A stretch of 64,000 bases of DNA from Longimicrobiales bacterium (GCA_965226375.1 CBDDCX010000008.1:320001-384000); one strand, 5' to 3'; positions 9,148 through 19,808 are shown, counted from the stretch's first letter. Program-made: numbers and translations. Notes: generated by a model from the sequence alone, not told the origin.

Positions 9148-9982
9148 GGGAATAGAGACCTTGGTCGACCGCAGCCAGGGCAAAGCTCCCGGGACGAAGC
9201 GGGTCCAGTCCGTGATCCGCACGGTCGAGATCCTGCGTGCGCTCGGCGACGCCGGACAAGACCTTACGTTGGCTGACCTCGCGGAGCGCACCGGTCTGCC
9301 ACGCTCGACGGTTCACCGAATCGTCCAGACCCTCCAGAGTGCGCACTTCGTCGCAAAGGGGGCGGGCCCAGGGGGACTCCGACTCGGACCGGAGTTCGGC
9401 CGTCTTGCCTCGAACTCCCGGCAGGCGCTCACTCCCGCAATGCGCCCCTTCCTCGAGAGGCTCGCAAGCGAGATCTCAGAGAGCACGAGCCTCACCGTTC
9501 TCGAAGGGCTCAATGTGCGGTTCCTCGACCAGGCCATCGTCGGTCAAGGGCTGCGCGCCGTCACACTCGTCGGCACGGCCTTCCCAGCACACTGCACGGC
9601 GAACGGAAAGATCCTGCTGGCGGCTCTGCCGAGGGCGGTTCTTCGCGCAAGGCTTCCCGAACGGCTGGAATCCCGCACTTACCACACCATCACGGATCCC
9701 GAACGCCTCATGGACGAACTGGACCGTGTCGGGACCGACGGCGTGGCGTTCGATCGTGAAGAACACGGGATCGGTATCAGTGCGATCGCTGCGCTCGTCG
9801 TCGACGATGCGAACAACCACGCCGCGATCAGCGCCGCCATGCCGACCGCAAACTTCGAAGGCCGCGAGGAGTACCTCACCGAGATCGTGCGTAGGACCGC
9901 GCACGATGCCAGTGTAGCGCTCGGCTGGAGCGGCGCGAATGGGAAGTCGCCAAGTCCCAACCCCAACGCGACCACCGACTGA
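9140..9982 (+). CDS. IclR family transcriptional regulator
   Basis: VQSVIRTVEIL..L, HTH LADLAERTGLPRSTVHRI, C-terminal PAHCTANGKILLA and FDREEH..GISAIA. Confidence 0.93.
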   Translation: MSEGIETLVDRSQGKAPGTKRVQSVIRTVEILRALGDAGQDLTLADLAERTGLPRSTVHRIVQTLQSAHFVAKGAGPGGLRLGPEFGRLASNSRQALTPAMRPFLERLASEISESTSLTVLEGLNVRFLDQAIVGQGLRAVTLVGTAFPAHCTANGKILLAALPRAVLRARLPERLESRTYHTITDPERLMDELDRVGTDGVAFDREEHGIGISAIAALVVDDANNHAAISAAMPTANFEGREEYLTEIVRRTAHDASVALGWSGANGKSPSPNPNATTD

Positions 9983-9996
9983 TCGGAGAGAAGAAC

Positions 9997-10329
9997 ATGG
10001 AAGTCACCCGACTCGCGGACGCTCTCCCCTACGAGGCCCCGAAGCATCACGGCATCGCCGCTCTTCGACTCCACGGCAGAGAGCAGACCAACGCGGAGCG
10101 TGTGGTGGTGGGGCTGACGCACTTCCTTCCGGGTGGCGGCGCCGACGAGTCCTCGAGTGAGGCCGAGAGGGTCTACGTGGTGTTGGAGGGGCAGGTCACA
10201 GTGACCACGGAGGAGGGGCCCGTGGTGCTCGGCCCCCTGGACTCCTGCCTCATCCCTCCCGGAGAGACCCGATCCGTGCAGAATTCGACCAACCGACCCG
10301 CCTCGATGCTCGTGATCGTGGTCCCGTGA
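9997..10329 (+). CDS. Cupin domain protein (candidate triacetate acetoacetate-lyase)
   Basis: 110 aa; YEAPKHH, HFLPGGGA, ERVYVVLEG, DSCLIPPGE.R cupin motifs. Confidence 0.85.
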   Translation: MEVTRLADALPYEAPKHHGIAALRLHGREQTNAERVVVGLTHFLPGGGADESSSEAERVYVVLEGQVTVTTEEGPVVLGPLDSCLIPPGETRSVQNSTNRPASMLVIVVP

Positions 10330-10421
10330 TCGAGAGCCGCTGCCTCCCTCGTCGCATGATCGCTCTCACACGTCACGTGCATGCACTCGACTCAGACGCT
10401 TAGATAGAAGGAGATACGAGG

Positions 10422-11930
10422 ATGTCGACACAACACCAAGCGATGTCGGTTGCCACTGCGCCGACGGAGGTCCAGGAGTTCCTGCGAAGTACGCCGGCAC
10501 ACGTCGTCGGAGATACGAAGCGACCTTCCGGGTCAGGTGAGGAAATCGAAGTTGTCGACCCGTCCACCGGAGAGGTGATCTCACACATCGCTCGCGGGCG
10601 AGCCGAGGATGTCGACGCCGCAGTGCAGGCGGCGGACTCCGCACTGCGTTCGTCATCCTGGACGAACGCGAGCCCGGCAACCCGCGAGTCCCTCCTCCAC
10701 CGGCTCGCAACGGTCATCGATGAGAACGTCGAGACCCTTGCCCTTCTCGAGTCGCTGGACATCGGGATGCCGTTGCCGCTGTCTCACCACCTCGACATCG
10801 CAGGAGCCGCCGATGTCGTGCGCTACATGGCGGGATGGCCCACGAAGATCGCGGGGCGGACCCTGACCTTCGAGAGCCCCGGCGGCAACCGGGCGATGGG
10901 CCACACCCGCCTGGAGCCCGTCGGTGTCGTCGGAGGCATCATTCCGTGGAACGTGCCGTTCATGTTGGCGATCTGGAAGGTGGCGCCCGCCCTTGCCGCC
11001 GGATGCACCATCGTCCTGAAGCCAGCCGAAGCCGCGTCGCTCACGGCGTTGTTTCTGGGCGATCTGGTCCTCGAGGCCGGCTTCCCACCGGGGGTCGTGA
11101 ACATCGTCACCGGGACCGGGCCCGAAGCCGGTCAGCCGCTCATCGAGCACCCGCTGGTCAGCAAGATCTTCTTCACGGGCTCGACTACGACGGGGATCGC
11201 CGTCGGCCGAGCGGCCGCTTCCCACACCAAGCCCGTGTCCCTGGAGCTAGGCGGCAAATCGCCCACGATCATTTTCGCCGACGCCGACCTCGAGGCGGCG
11301 GCGGCCGGTGCAGCGGAGTCGATCTTCCTGAACTCGGGACAGATCTGCGTGGCTGGCTCCCGGCTTTACGTTCAGAAGAGTGCCTACGACGACGTCGTGA
11401 ACCGGGTCGCATCCCTCGCAGCGAAGCACGTCGTCGGCAGCGGTCTCGACCCGGCCACGACCCTCGGGCCGGTGATCAGTCGACGGCACAAGGAACGGGT
11501 CGACGGATACATCGACGCCGCGGAGAACGGCGGGGCCGAGCTCATCTCGAGTCACGTAGTTCCCGAGCAGGGTTTCTTCGTGGCTCCCACGATCGTCACC
11601 GGTGCCGAGCACGGAGCGGCGATAACCCAGGAGGAGGTCTTCGGTCCGGTGCTCTCGGTCTACCAGTTCGACGACGAAGCCGACGTCCTGAAGGCCGCGA
11701 ACGGAACCCCGTACGGACTCGCCGCCACCGTTTGGACATCGAGCATCGCCCACGCGGAGGCGATGATCGACGGACTGGAGTGCGGCAAGATCTCGGTGAA
11801 CTCGCCCGGCTTCCCTTACCCCGGACTGCCCGAGGGCGGCAAGAAGGCGTCGGGCTACGGAAGGGACCTGGGACCGGAGTCGGTGGACGGCTATCTCCAC
11901 TCGAAGTCCGTCATCTTCGAGCGGTCCTGA
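10422..11930 (+). CDS. Aldehyde dehydrogenase (aromatic/phenylacetaldehyde dehydrogenase-like)
   Basis: IIPWNVP, FTGSTTTG, LELGGKSP, NSGQICVAGSR (catalytic Cys), EEVFGPV; RBS AAGGAG. Confidence 0.93.
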   Translation: MSTQHQAMSVATAPTEVQEFLRSTPAHVVGDTKRPSGSGEEIEVVDPSTGEVISHIARGRAEDVDAAVQAADSALRSSSWTNASPATRESLLHRLATVIDENVETLALLESLDIGMPLPLSHHLDIAGAADVVRYMAGWPTKIAGRTLTFESPGGNRAMGHTRLEPVGVVGGIIPWNVPFMLAIWKVAPALAAGCTIVLKPAEAASLTALFLGDLVLEAGFPPGVVNIVTGTGPEAGQPLIEHPLVSKIFFTGSTTTGIAVGRAAASHTKPVSLELGGKSPTIIFADADLEAAAAGAAESIFLNSGQICVAGSRLYVQKSAYDDVVNRVASLAAKHVVGSGLDPATTLGPVISRRHKERVDGYIDAAENGGAELISSHVVPEQGFFVAPTIVTGAEHGAAITQEEVFGPVLSVYQFDDEADVLKAANGTPYGLAATVWTSSIAHAEAMIDGLECGKISVNSPGFPYPGLPEGGKKASGYGRDLGPESVDGYLHSKSVIFERS

Positions 11931-11954
11931 GGTCCTCGGGAGGGGTAATCGCCG

Positions 11955-13510
11955 CTACGAACTCGCCATCAGCCGCTGCAACTCGACCTCGAGTCGGCTC
12001 AACTGTTCGGGCCGCACGGCTGCGGCGATGTATCGATCGGGTCTGACGAGCAACACATCGCCGCGGTGCTGCCGCAACGTTTCGACGAACCTCGAGTCCC
12101 GCAGGACCACGGCATGCCCGTCGGCGACGGACGCATCGCTCGCCACCGAGACAGCTTGGACACTCAATCGATGCCAGAGCCCGTTCCGGACGACCGCGTT
12201 CAAATCGGCCGCGGGACAATCGAGGCCAACCAGTGCAAACCCCGGTCCAAGTACCTTGTCCAGCAGGACGTCGTCCCCGCCGGGTGTGCGCACGAGAGGC
12301 TGCGACAGCATGTGCCCGACGAGCGACCGTCCGGGTCGACCGCCGCTCGGAAGCAGAAAGCCATCACGAAGCACTGCACGAGGGATGTAGCGCATCCCGG
12401 TGATGTACGGGCCGTCACGGGTGCTCGTGACAGAACCCAGAACGCTAGGTCCCGCAGGTAGGCCAGCCACGTCGCGGTGAGATTGACGATGCGGCCGAGC
12501 GTGACCGAGATGTCGATGACTGCCTGACAGTGCCCGCGCCGCTCGAGATCGTACGTGTCGAGAATGTCCTGCGAAGCATGCCCTCTGAGCACCGCGGCAA
12601 TTTTCCAGCACAGGTTGGTCGCGTCACGGCTGCCCGAGTTCATGCCCGACGCGCCGAATGGCGGCATCAGGTGGGCGGCGTCACCCAGGAGAAACGTCCG
12701 GCCGACGCGCATGTCCCGGACCAGCAACGCATGAAAAGTATACACGGCCTTGCGAAACACCTTCACGTCATCGAAATCGCGGTACGGCGCAAACAAGCGT
12801 CGCAACGAATCGTCCTCGAGGATCGTGTCGGGATCCTCACCAGGCAGGAGCATGAACTCGAAGCGTCGACCGCCTCGCGGGGCTGGAATGCTGTCGGTCG
12901 GGCGCTGCGGGTGGACGAAGTACTTGGAGAACGGGCTCTGGTCCGTGTCGTCGAGCATGTCGATGACGGCCCAAGGCTGCTCGTACGACTGGCCCTCCAT
13001 CGGCAGGTCGAGGAGTTTCCGTACCGTGCTGCGACCACCGTCACATCCGAGGACATAGTCAGCCACGATCTCGTGGCGCAGACCGTCGGGATCGACGACC
13101 CCAGCTGTCACCTTGCCGTCGCCCTCCGTGAGGTCGACCAGCGTACGCTCGAAGCGGACTGACGCCCTGTCCCATCGCTCGACACCCTGCGCCAGCACCT
13201 GCTCCAACTCGGGTGGCCAGATCGCCGAGCGGTTGCCATACCCGTTCGGCGTTATCTGTCCCTTGATCGCGGCTATGCGAAATCCGAGCCTGGAAAAATA
13301 GGTGACGCCGGCGGCCGGAACGCAGTTCTCGTATACCTGTGGGGCGAGTCCCACACCGTCGAGCGTTCGAAAGAACTCATCGTCGATATAGATGCCCTTC
13401 GGGATCGTCGACGTCTGGGCATCACACGCCACGACGAGCGTCTCGATGCCGTACAGGCCGAGCAAGTTGGCGGCGGCGAGACCGGTAGGCCCCGCCCCGA
13501 CAATCAACAC
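11955..13510 (-). pseudogene. MhpA-like FAD-dependent aromatic hydroxylase, frameshifted near 12415
   Basis: GAGPTG, GCDGGRSTVR, LLGDAAHLMPPFGASGMNSG.RD. The C-terminal domain (PYITGMRYIPR...LLVRPDRYIAA) is in another frame; one base is missing in GTG ACG GC CCG TAC. Could be a sequencing error. Confidence 0.8.
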
Positions 13511-13521
13511 CTGGGTCTGGG

Positions 13522-14487
13522 TCAGGGGGAGTCCGCCGAGACGGGGGTCGGCTGCGTCGTTCCTGCTCGCCGATGTTCGAGCGCGGCATAAGCGATTTCG
13601 TGAAACGGCACGTCGACGCCAAGTTCGCGACCGAGGCGGACGACGAGTCCACTCAGGTAGTCGAGCTCCAACGGACGCCCGGCGCGTTGGTCGGCCAGCA
13701 TGGACGGCGTGGACTCTGGGGGCATCGCGTCGGCGACCTCCAGCGAACGCTCGACGATGTCGTCGGCCAGATGCACGCCTTTGGCGCTGGCGACGGCGGC
13801 TGTCTCGCGCATACCGCGTTCGAGCATGGCTCGCGTGTTGGGCGCCGTCCGCAAGGGGTCAGTCGACTGGTCGGTGAGACAGCACGCGGCGCTCATCACT
13901 GAGAACATCACGAACTTCGACCAGAGTGCGGCATCGATGTCGTCGACGTTCTCAGCGTCGACCCCGGCGGCCGCGAAGGCATTCGCAATCTCGCCCGACC
14001 GCGCGCGCGCGCGCCCCTCCCGGCCACCCAGTCGCAGCCGCGCCATCGTGCCGAGATGCACTATTCGACCTGGCTCCCGGCGGACGGTGTTGCCGTAGAC
14101 CACAACACCGGCCACCTGCCCGGCCGGTACCCAGGGCGCGAGCCGGTCCATTGCATCGACGCCGTTCTGCGTGCACAGGACTAGGGTGTCGGGCCCGACG
14201 AGCGGCGAGAGCGTTGGGCCGACGCTCTCGACATCGTATGCCTTGACGCACAGCAAGACCGCATCGACGACCCCGACCGTCTCGATACTATCGGTGGCCG
14301 TGACCTCACGGAGCCGCACGTCACCCAGAGCACTCTCTACGCGCAACCCAGAGCCTCGAAGGGCCTCGAGGTTGGCGCCCCGGGCCACAAAAGTGACGTC
14401 GTGACCTCCGGCCGCCAGTCGCGCTCCGTAGTAGCCGCCGACGCCGCCCACGCCAACGACCGCTATACGCAAGGGCCCCTCGGCCAA
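13522..14487 (-). CDS. panE: 2-dehydropantoate 2-reductase (ketopantoate reductase family)
   Basis: GVGGVGGYYG, CVKAYD, QNGVD, LWSKF, PSMLAD..AGRPLELDYL.G. Confidence 0.88.
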   Translation of the reverse strand: MAEGPLRIAVVGVGGVGGYYGARLAAGGHDVTFVARGANLEALRGSGLRVESALGDVRLREVTATDSIETVGVVDAVLLCVKAYDVESVGPTLSPLVGPDTLVLCTQNGVDAMDRLAPWVPAGQVAGVVVYGNTVRREPGRIVHLGTMARLRLGGREGRARARSGEIANAFAAAGVDAENVDDIDAALWSKFVMFSVMSAACCLTDQSTDPLRTAPNTRAMLERGMRETAAVASAKGVHLADDIVERSLEVADAMPPESTPSMLADQRAGRPLELDYLSGLVVRLGRELGVDVPFHEIAYAALEHRRAGTTQPTPVSADSP

Positions 14488-14489
14488 GG

Positions 14490-15041
14490 CTACGCGTCCA
14501 GCTTCCGCTGCATCTCGGCCTCGAACTGCTCGCGCGGCATGAAGCCGGGGTCGTTCCGTATCGCGTCGAGGGTCGTGCTCATGATCTCGTCGTTGGACAT
14601 CTCGAGGTCGAGTTCGTCAGCATGCGGCTGCGGCACGTGCCACGGAGAATCGAGATACACCTCGACCCGGTTACCCTCCGGGTCGAGAAAGTAGAGCGAC
14701 CAGGCGTTCCCATGGTTGATCTGCACGAGATCTCTGACGGCCTCGGCCGTGACGCGCCGCGACATCTCACGCAGCTCGTCGAGCGACTCCACGGCAAACG
14801 ACATCTGATTTATCACACTGTAGGTCGCGTCCTCGGGTCGACCGGACGCGAGCGCAAGCTGATGGTGCACGTCCGGCCGGCTGCTGAGGAATACCAGGTC
14901 GATCGGAAACCGGAATGCCTTGCCACGTTCGGTGACGACGAGCCCCATGACACGCGTGTAGAAGTCTTCCATGGCATCCATATCGTGAACATAGATGCCC
15001 ATGTGACTGAGAACGGGGCGGATGGGAGTGGGTGATTGCAT
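14490..15041 (-). CDS. VOC family protein (glyoxalase/extradiol dioxygenase fold)
   Basis: LSHMGIYVHD, FYTRVMG, HHQLAL, NHGNAWSLYFLDPEGNRVE. Confidence 0.88.
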   Translation of the reverse strand: MQSPTPIRPVLSHMGIYVHDMDAMEDFYTRVMGLVVTERGKAFRFPIDLVFLSSRPDVHHQLALASGRPEDATYSVINQMSFAVESLDELREMSRRVTAEAVRDLVQINHGNAWSLYFLDPEGNRVEVYLDSPWHVPQPHADELDLEMSNDEIMSTTLDAIRNDPGFMPREQFEAEMQRKLDA

Positions 15042-15092
15042 GGTGCTATTGGGGTTGAAGGTAAGGTCCCAGGGGGACGGGGTTCCGAGGTG

Positions 15093-15936
15093 TCACTTCC
15101 CCACCACATGCTGCAACGTCCCGATACTTTCGATCTCAACCTCCACCTCGTCGCCTACTTTCATGAACAGAGGTGGCGTGCGCTTGAAGCCGACGCCGCC
15201 TGGAGTCCCGGTGACGATGACATCGCCCGGCACCAGGGTCGTCCAGGTAGAGCAGTACTCGATGAGCTCGGCCACGGAAACACCATCTGTCCGGTGTTGG
15301 CGTGCTGCTCGACCTTGCCGTTCAGCCGCGTCGTCAGCTCGAGTGCCTGCGGGTCAGGAACCTCGTCGGCGGTCACCATCCAGGGACCGAAGCCGCCAGT
15401 CCGGTCGAAATTCTTGCCTGATGTGATCTGTCGCGTGTGGCGTTGCCAGTCCCGGACGCTGCCGTCGAAGTAGCACGAGTACCCGGCAACGTGGTTGAGC
15501 GCCGAGGCCGCCGGAATGGCGCGGCCGCCCGTCCCGATGATCACCGCCAGTTCGCCTTCGAAGTCGAAGTTGTCAGACACAACAGGCATCAGCAACGGCT
15601 GATGATGCCCGCACTGCGACGGGGGGACCCGGATGAACCAGGCCGGATTCTCGGTCTTCGGCCGGCCGGTTTCGGCGATGTGACGTCGTAATTGAGGGCC
15701 ACGGCGAGAATCTTCTCCGGGTGCGGAATGACCGGGAGAAAGACGATGTCCGCCAAGGCGTGGTCGCCCGGCTCTCCGTCGGCGGCGCGGCGGGCTTCGT
15801 CGAGCACATCGGCAGCAATGACATCGCGAAGCGTTTCGCACCGCTCGGACAGCCGCGACCGAAGGTCTACGATTCTCTCACCCATGACGACGCCAAAGCT
15901 CGCGTCGCCATCCACACTGTATGAAGCGATCTTCAT
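15093..15936 (-). pseudogene. Fumarylacetoacetate hydrolase family protein with two frameshifts (near 15685 and 15280)
   Basis: MKIASY...PEKILAVALNY / HIAETG...FDFEGELAVIIG...DGSVRDWQ...GKNFD..GGFGPW / VAELIEY...GDVIVTGTPGGVG lie in three frames; each shift is one missing base. Confidence 0.85.
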
Positions 15937-15965
15937 TTTCAGATTTCTCCTGCGACTAGTTGATG

Positions 15966-16550
15966 CTACCGTAGCCCGTCGTCGCCGACGATGTCTGACG
16001 CGGCGAGGCCGCCAATCCGCGCATGCGCGCGCGGTCCGGTCGCCATCACCAGTGCGTAGAGGATTTCGTCGGGTCGGGGCGCATCGTGCACTCCGGCATC
16101 TGTGGCACTCATGTGACTTCGGACGTAAGAGGCACCCACGTGGCCTAGCGGAATCATGAGCCTGGATCCAACCGCACCGATCATCTTCGACGACGGGACG
16201 ACGGCTTTCGTCCCGCCGAGGACCTCTCGTATACCCCACCCGCCAGGCTCGTGCCAAAGGGCCCCGTGCTCGAGTTCACCGTTCACCCCGACGATGGCGC
16301 CCTTGCCGTATGATTCGATGACGGCTGGATCGCCGCCGAGCGCGTCCACGAGATCGGCGGCGAGCCGCCGACCGAGCGACTTCAGATCGGCCATCATGGG
16401 CAAGAGGTCCGCCTCATAGTGGCCGGCGTACGGATTCCTGACGACCGCGGCGGCAGTGCCGACCAGCAGCGGTGGATCGATGACTGCGCCGCCGTCGTGC
16501 AGGACGGTCTCGACGCTCACGACCAGCTTTCGGATCTGAACCAGCGACAC
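15966..16550 (-). CDS. Amino acid synthesis family protein (DUF1185)
   Basis: IRKLVV.VE.V.HDGG, AAVVRNPYAG, YGKGAIVG.NGELEHG, YVRSH, DAPRPDEI, GPRAHARIGG. Confidence 0.88.
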   Translation of the reverse strand: MSLVQIRKLVVSVETVLHDGGAVIDPPLLVGTAAAVVRNPYAGHYEADLLPMMADLKSLGRRLAADLVDALGGDPAVIESYGKGAIVGVNGELEHGALWHEPGGWGIREVLGGTKAVVPSSKMIGAVGSRLMIPLGHVGASYVRSHMSATDAGVHDAPRPDEILYALVMATGPRAHARIGGLAASDIVGDDGLR

Positions 16551-19448
16551 TCTCGGACCTCACGGCTCGCATGGCGCGATCGCCTCGTACGACCGCGCAA
16601 TACGATACACCTGTTTCGTGGACGCGCAAATCAGCAGGCGTCTCGCCGGCGCGATTGTCGTGGCGGCAGCTGGGATGCTCGTCCTGGCCCAGCCGATGCC
16701 CAGCAACTACCGTCTCGGGCGGGCAGGTTGGCCGTACATGTACGACGGCGTGCTCGGCAGCCGCAGGGCGACCCGCCGTTCAGCAACACGCTCATGCAGA
16801 AAATCGTTTCGGCCGTGGAGGCCTAGTCTAATGAGAACACGACCACCCTCCCGCTTCGGGCCGCACCGCCCGGGCCTCGTCCTGATCATCGCATGCTCGC
16901 TGCTGATGGCCTGCGGCACGTCCCACGTGCCGCGCGGACTCCTTGGTGAGCCCGCCCGGGGAAGCGCCCGGATACGTCTACTACACGCCCCTCACATCGT
17001 CGACCACCTATTTGATCGAGGCGGGCAGCGGCGCCGTCGTTCACACGTGGGAGAGCGAGTGCGCCCCCACCGCGTCCGTCTATCTGCTCGACAACGGCAA
17101 CCTGCTCCGGGGCGGAAAAATGCCGGAGGTCGAGGTATTCAGTGGCGGCGGACAGGGCGGCAGGCTCCAGGAGTTCGCATGGGATGGCGAAGTCGTCTGG
17201 GACTTCCGGTGCGCCACTGAGGAGTACCTTCTGCATCACGACACCGCGCTTCTTCCTAACGGCAACATCCTGGCGATTGCATGGGAAGAGAAGTCGCGCG
17301 AAGAGGCGGGGGAGATGGGGTATCGGCCGGAGATGACCCCCGAGAGTGGCGTCTGGCCTGACATGATCGTCGAGATCGAGCCCCAGGGCCGCACAGGCGG
17401 CCGGATCGTGTGGGAGTGGCACGCCTGGGACCACATGATCCAAGACTACGATGACAATGCGGGTAATTTCGCTGACCCGGCGGCCCACCCCGAGCTCGTC
17501 GACATCAATGCCGGTCGCCGGGTGCCAGGCAACGTCATGCAGGACGATATCGCACGGTATCGTGAGCTCGGATATGTGCCGGAAGGCGACGGTCACAACC
17601 CGTCGTCGGACCTCATGCATTCCAACGCGATCGCGTACAACGCAGAATTGGATCAGATCGTACTGAGCCCGCGCGTCTTCAGCGAGATCTGGGTCATCGA
17701 CCACAGCACCACCACGGCGGAGGCCCGTGGCAGCACGGGAGGTCGCTGGGGCCGCGGAGGTGACTTGCTCTACCGCTGGGGGAATCCGCAGGTGTACGGG
17801 CAAGGCACGGAAGCCGACCAGATCCTTTTCGGTCAGCACGATATCCGCTGGGTACCGGAGGGGATGCCGGGTGCCGGCAACTTCACGGTATTCAACAACG
17901 ACAACGTCACACCGGGCGGGACCTATTCCGCCGTCTTCGAGTTCGCGCCCCCTACCGACGCGTCGGGCGCGTACGTCCTGGGGGACGGAGAGGCGTTTGG
18001 TCCAGAAGAAGTGATCTGGAGCTACACTGCGCCCGACCGGCCTGACTTCTACGGCTCGTTCATCTCCGGGGCGCACCGGCTCGCGGGGGGCAACACCCTG
18101 ATCACCTCGGGGCCCCAGGGACGCTTCTTCGAAGTGACCACCGACGGGGAGATCGTCTGGGAGTTCTGGTCGCCGACGTCTGGCGATGTGGCTTCCCCCC
18201 CACGCGGCGCCGCCATCCGTGCCAACCCCTACGCCGTATTTAGGGCGACGTATGTTGCGGGCGACCATCCGGCCCTGAGAGGTCGGAATCTCGTTCCGCT
18301 GGATCCGCAGCCGAGGCTGATCCCGCCCAACGTACAATCCGAGCCGCCAGCCAACGTGGCTGACCCGACCGCGTCTCTGCACGCGCTCTGCGACGAGTTT
18401 TTCGAACGCGGACTTGAACTCAACCCAATGCGGGCGTCCTCAATTGGCGATTACCGCTTCAATGATCAGTACGCCAATTCGATCGGTCCAGAACATCGTA
18501 AAGCCAGCCACCAGCTCGATGAGACATTCCTCGCGCGCCTCCTAAATATCGATCGCAAGCAACTCTCACGTCAGGACAGATTGAGCTACGACTTGTTCCG
18601 GCTCCATCGTGAGCAGTCGCTCGAGAGCGAACAATTTCCCGGCCACCTGCAACCGATCAACCAGCGTTCCTCGGCCTTGAATTCATTTGTGCAACTCGGT
18701 AGCGGTACCAGCGTTCACCCCTTCAAGACGATTAAGGACTACGATGACTGGTTGTCACGAATTGATGGATTCGTCGTGTACGTTGACCAGGCGATCACCA
18801 ACATGCGGGAGGGCGTGCGACAGGGCGTGGTGCAACCGCGTATTCTGATGACCGAGTCTCTGAAGCAGATCGAGTCGCAGATTGTCGACTCGGCGGAAGA
18901 CAGTGGTTTCTGGGCGCCGATCGAAAATATGCCCATCGAATTCAGTCAGGAAGAACGGGGACGACTTACGGTGGCATTCAAAGATGCTATCGAGAATAAG
19001 GTTCTTCCAAGTTATCAACGGGTTGCCAATTTTATCGCAGACGAGTATCTGGCGGCGGCACGGGACACGGTTGGGCTGTATGCATTGCCTGACGGACAAG
19101 AATGGTACGCCTACAACGTCAAGCGTGTGACCACCACTGACCTGACGCCTGACGAGATCCATCAAATTGGCCTGGACGAAGTTGCGCGCATTCACAACGA
19201 AATGCGCGGTGTCATGACCGAAGTCGGGTTCGAGGGCGACCTCAAGGATTTCTTCGACTACGTAAATAGCGACGAGAAGTTCTATTACGATGAAGCCGAC
19301 GAATTGATTCAGGGCTATCGCGACATGTACGAACGGATTTCGGCATTGTCGATGAAACTGTTCGACGTTTTTCCCAAGAGTTTAGCGCCCCCGATTTCTC
19401 TGGACAGTAGATTGGCAAAGACAGCGGGTCCAGAGAGAAAGGGACGTG

Positions 19449-19808
19449 ATGGCCCAGAAGCCGAGGGAGAACAAGGCGACCGCAGGTCGTGAGAAGGTAC
19501 CCGAGCGGTGGAGTGCCCAGCAGAAAACGGAGGTGGTGCTGCGCCTGCTACGGGGTGAGGACCTGGTGGAGGTCAGCCGCGAGGTACAGGTCTCACCGCC
19601 GGAGCTGGAGGAATGGCGGCGGGTGTTCCTGGAGACCGGTCAGCAGGGACTGAGACGCCGGGGCCGAGACCCTGGAGAACGGGAGCTGACCCGGACCCGG
19701 GCGAAGCTGGGAGAGTTGACGATGCGACTGGAGCTTGCGAGAGAACTCCTGGAAAAAAGGGGGTACGGGGACGAGCTGGAGAAGCTCTTGAAGCGCGGAC
19801 GCGGGTGA
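19449..19808 (+). CDS. IS3-family transposase OrfA
   Basis: RWSAQQKTEVVLRLLRGE HTH and KLGELTMRLELARE coiled coil; A6G run at 19753-19759 where the -1 frame orfB overlaps. Confidence 0.85.
   Translation: MAQKPRENKATAGREKVPERWSAQQKTEVVLRLLRGEDLVEVSREVQVSPPELEEWRRVFLETGQQGLRRRGRDPGERELTRTRAKLGELTMRLELARELLEKRGYGDELEKLLKRGRG

Noticed and set aside
5731..10329. Vitamin B6 or kynurenine catabolism as the operon's role
   Set aside because: The partner enzymes (pyridoxine oxidase, lactonase, tryptophan dioxygenase, kynureninase) are absent; the gene set fits the phloroglucinol route better.
16560..16830. Small gene(s) between DUF1185 and ASST
   Set aside because: Several short frames on both strands look protein-like, but none could be assigned to a family; possibly a remnant.
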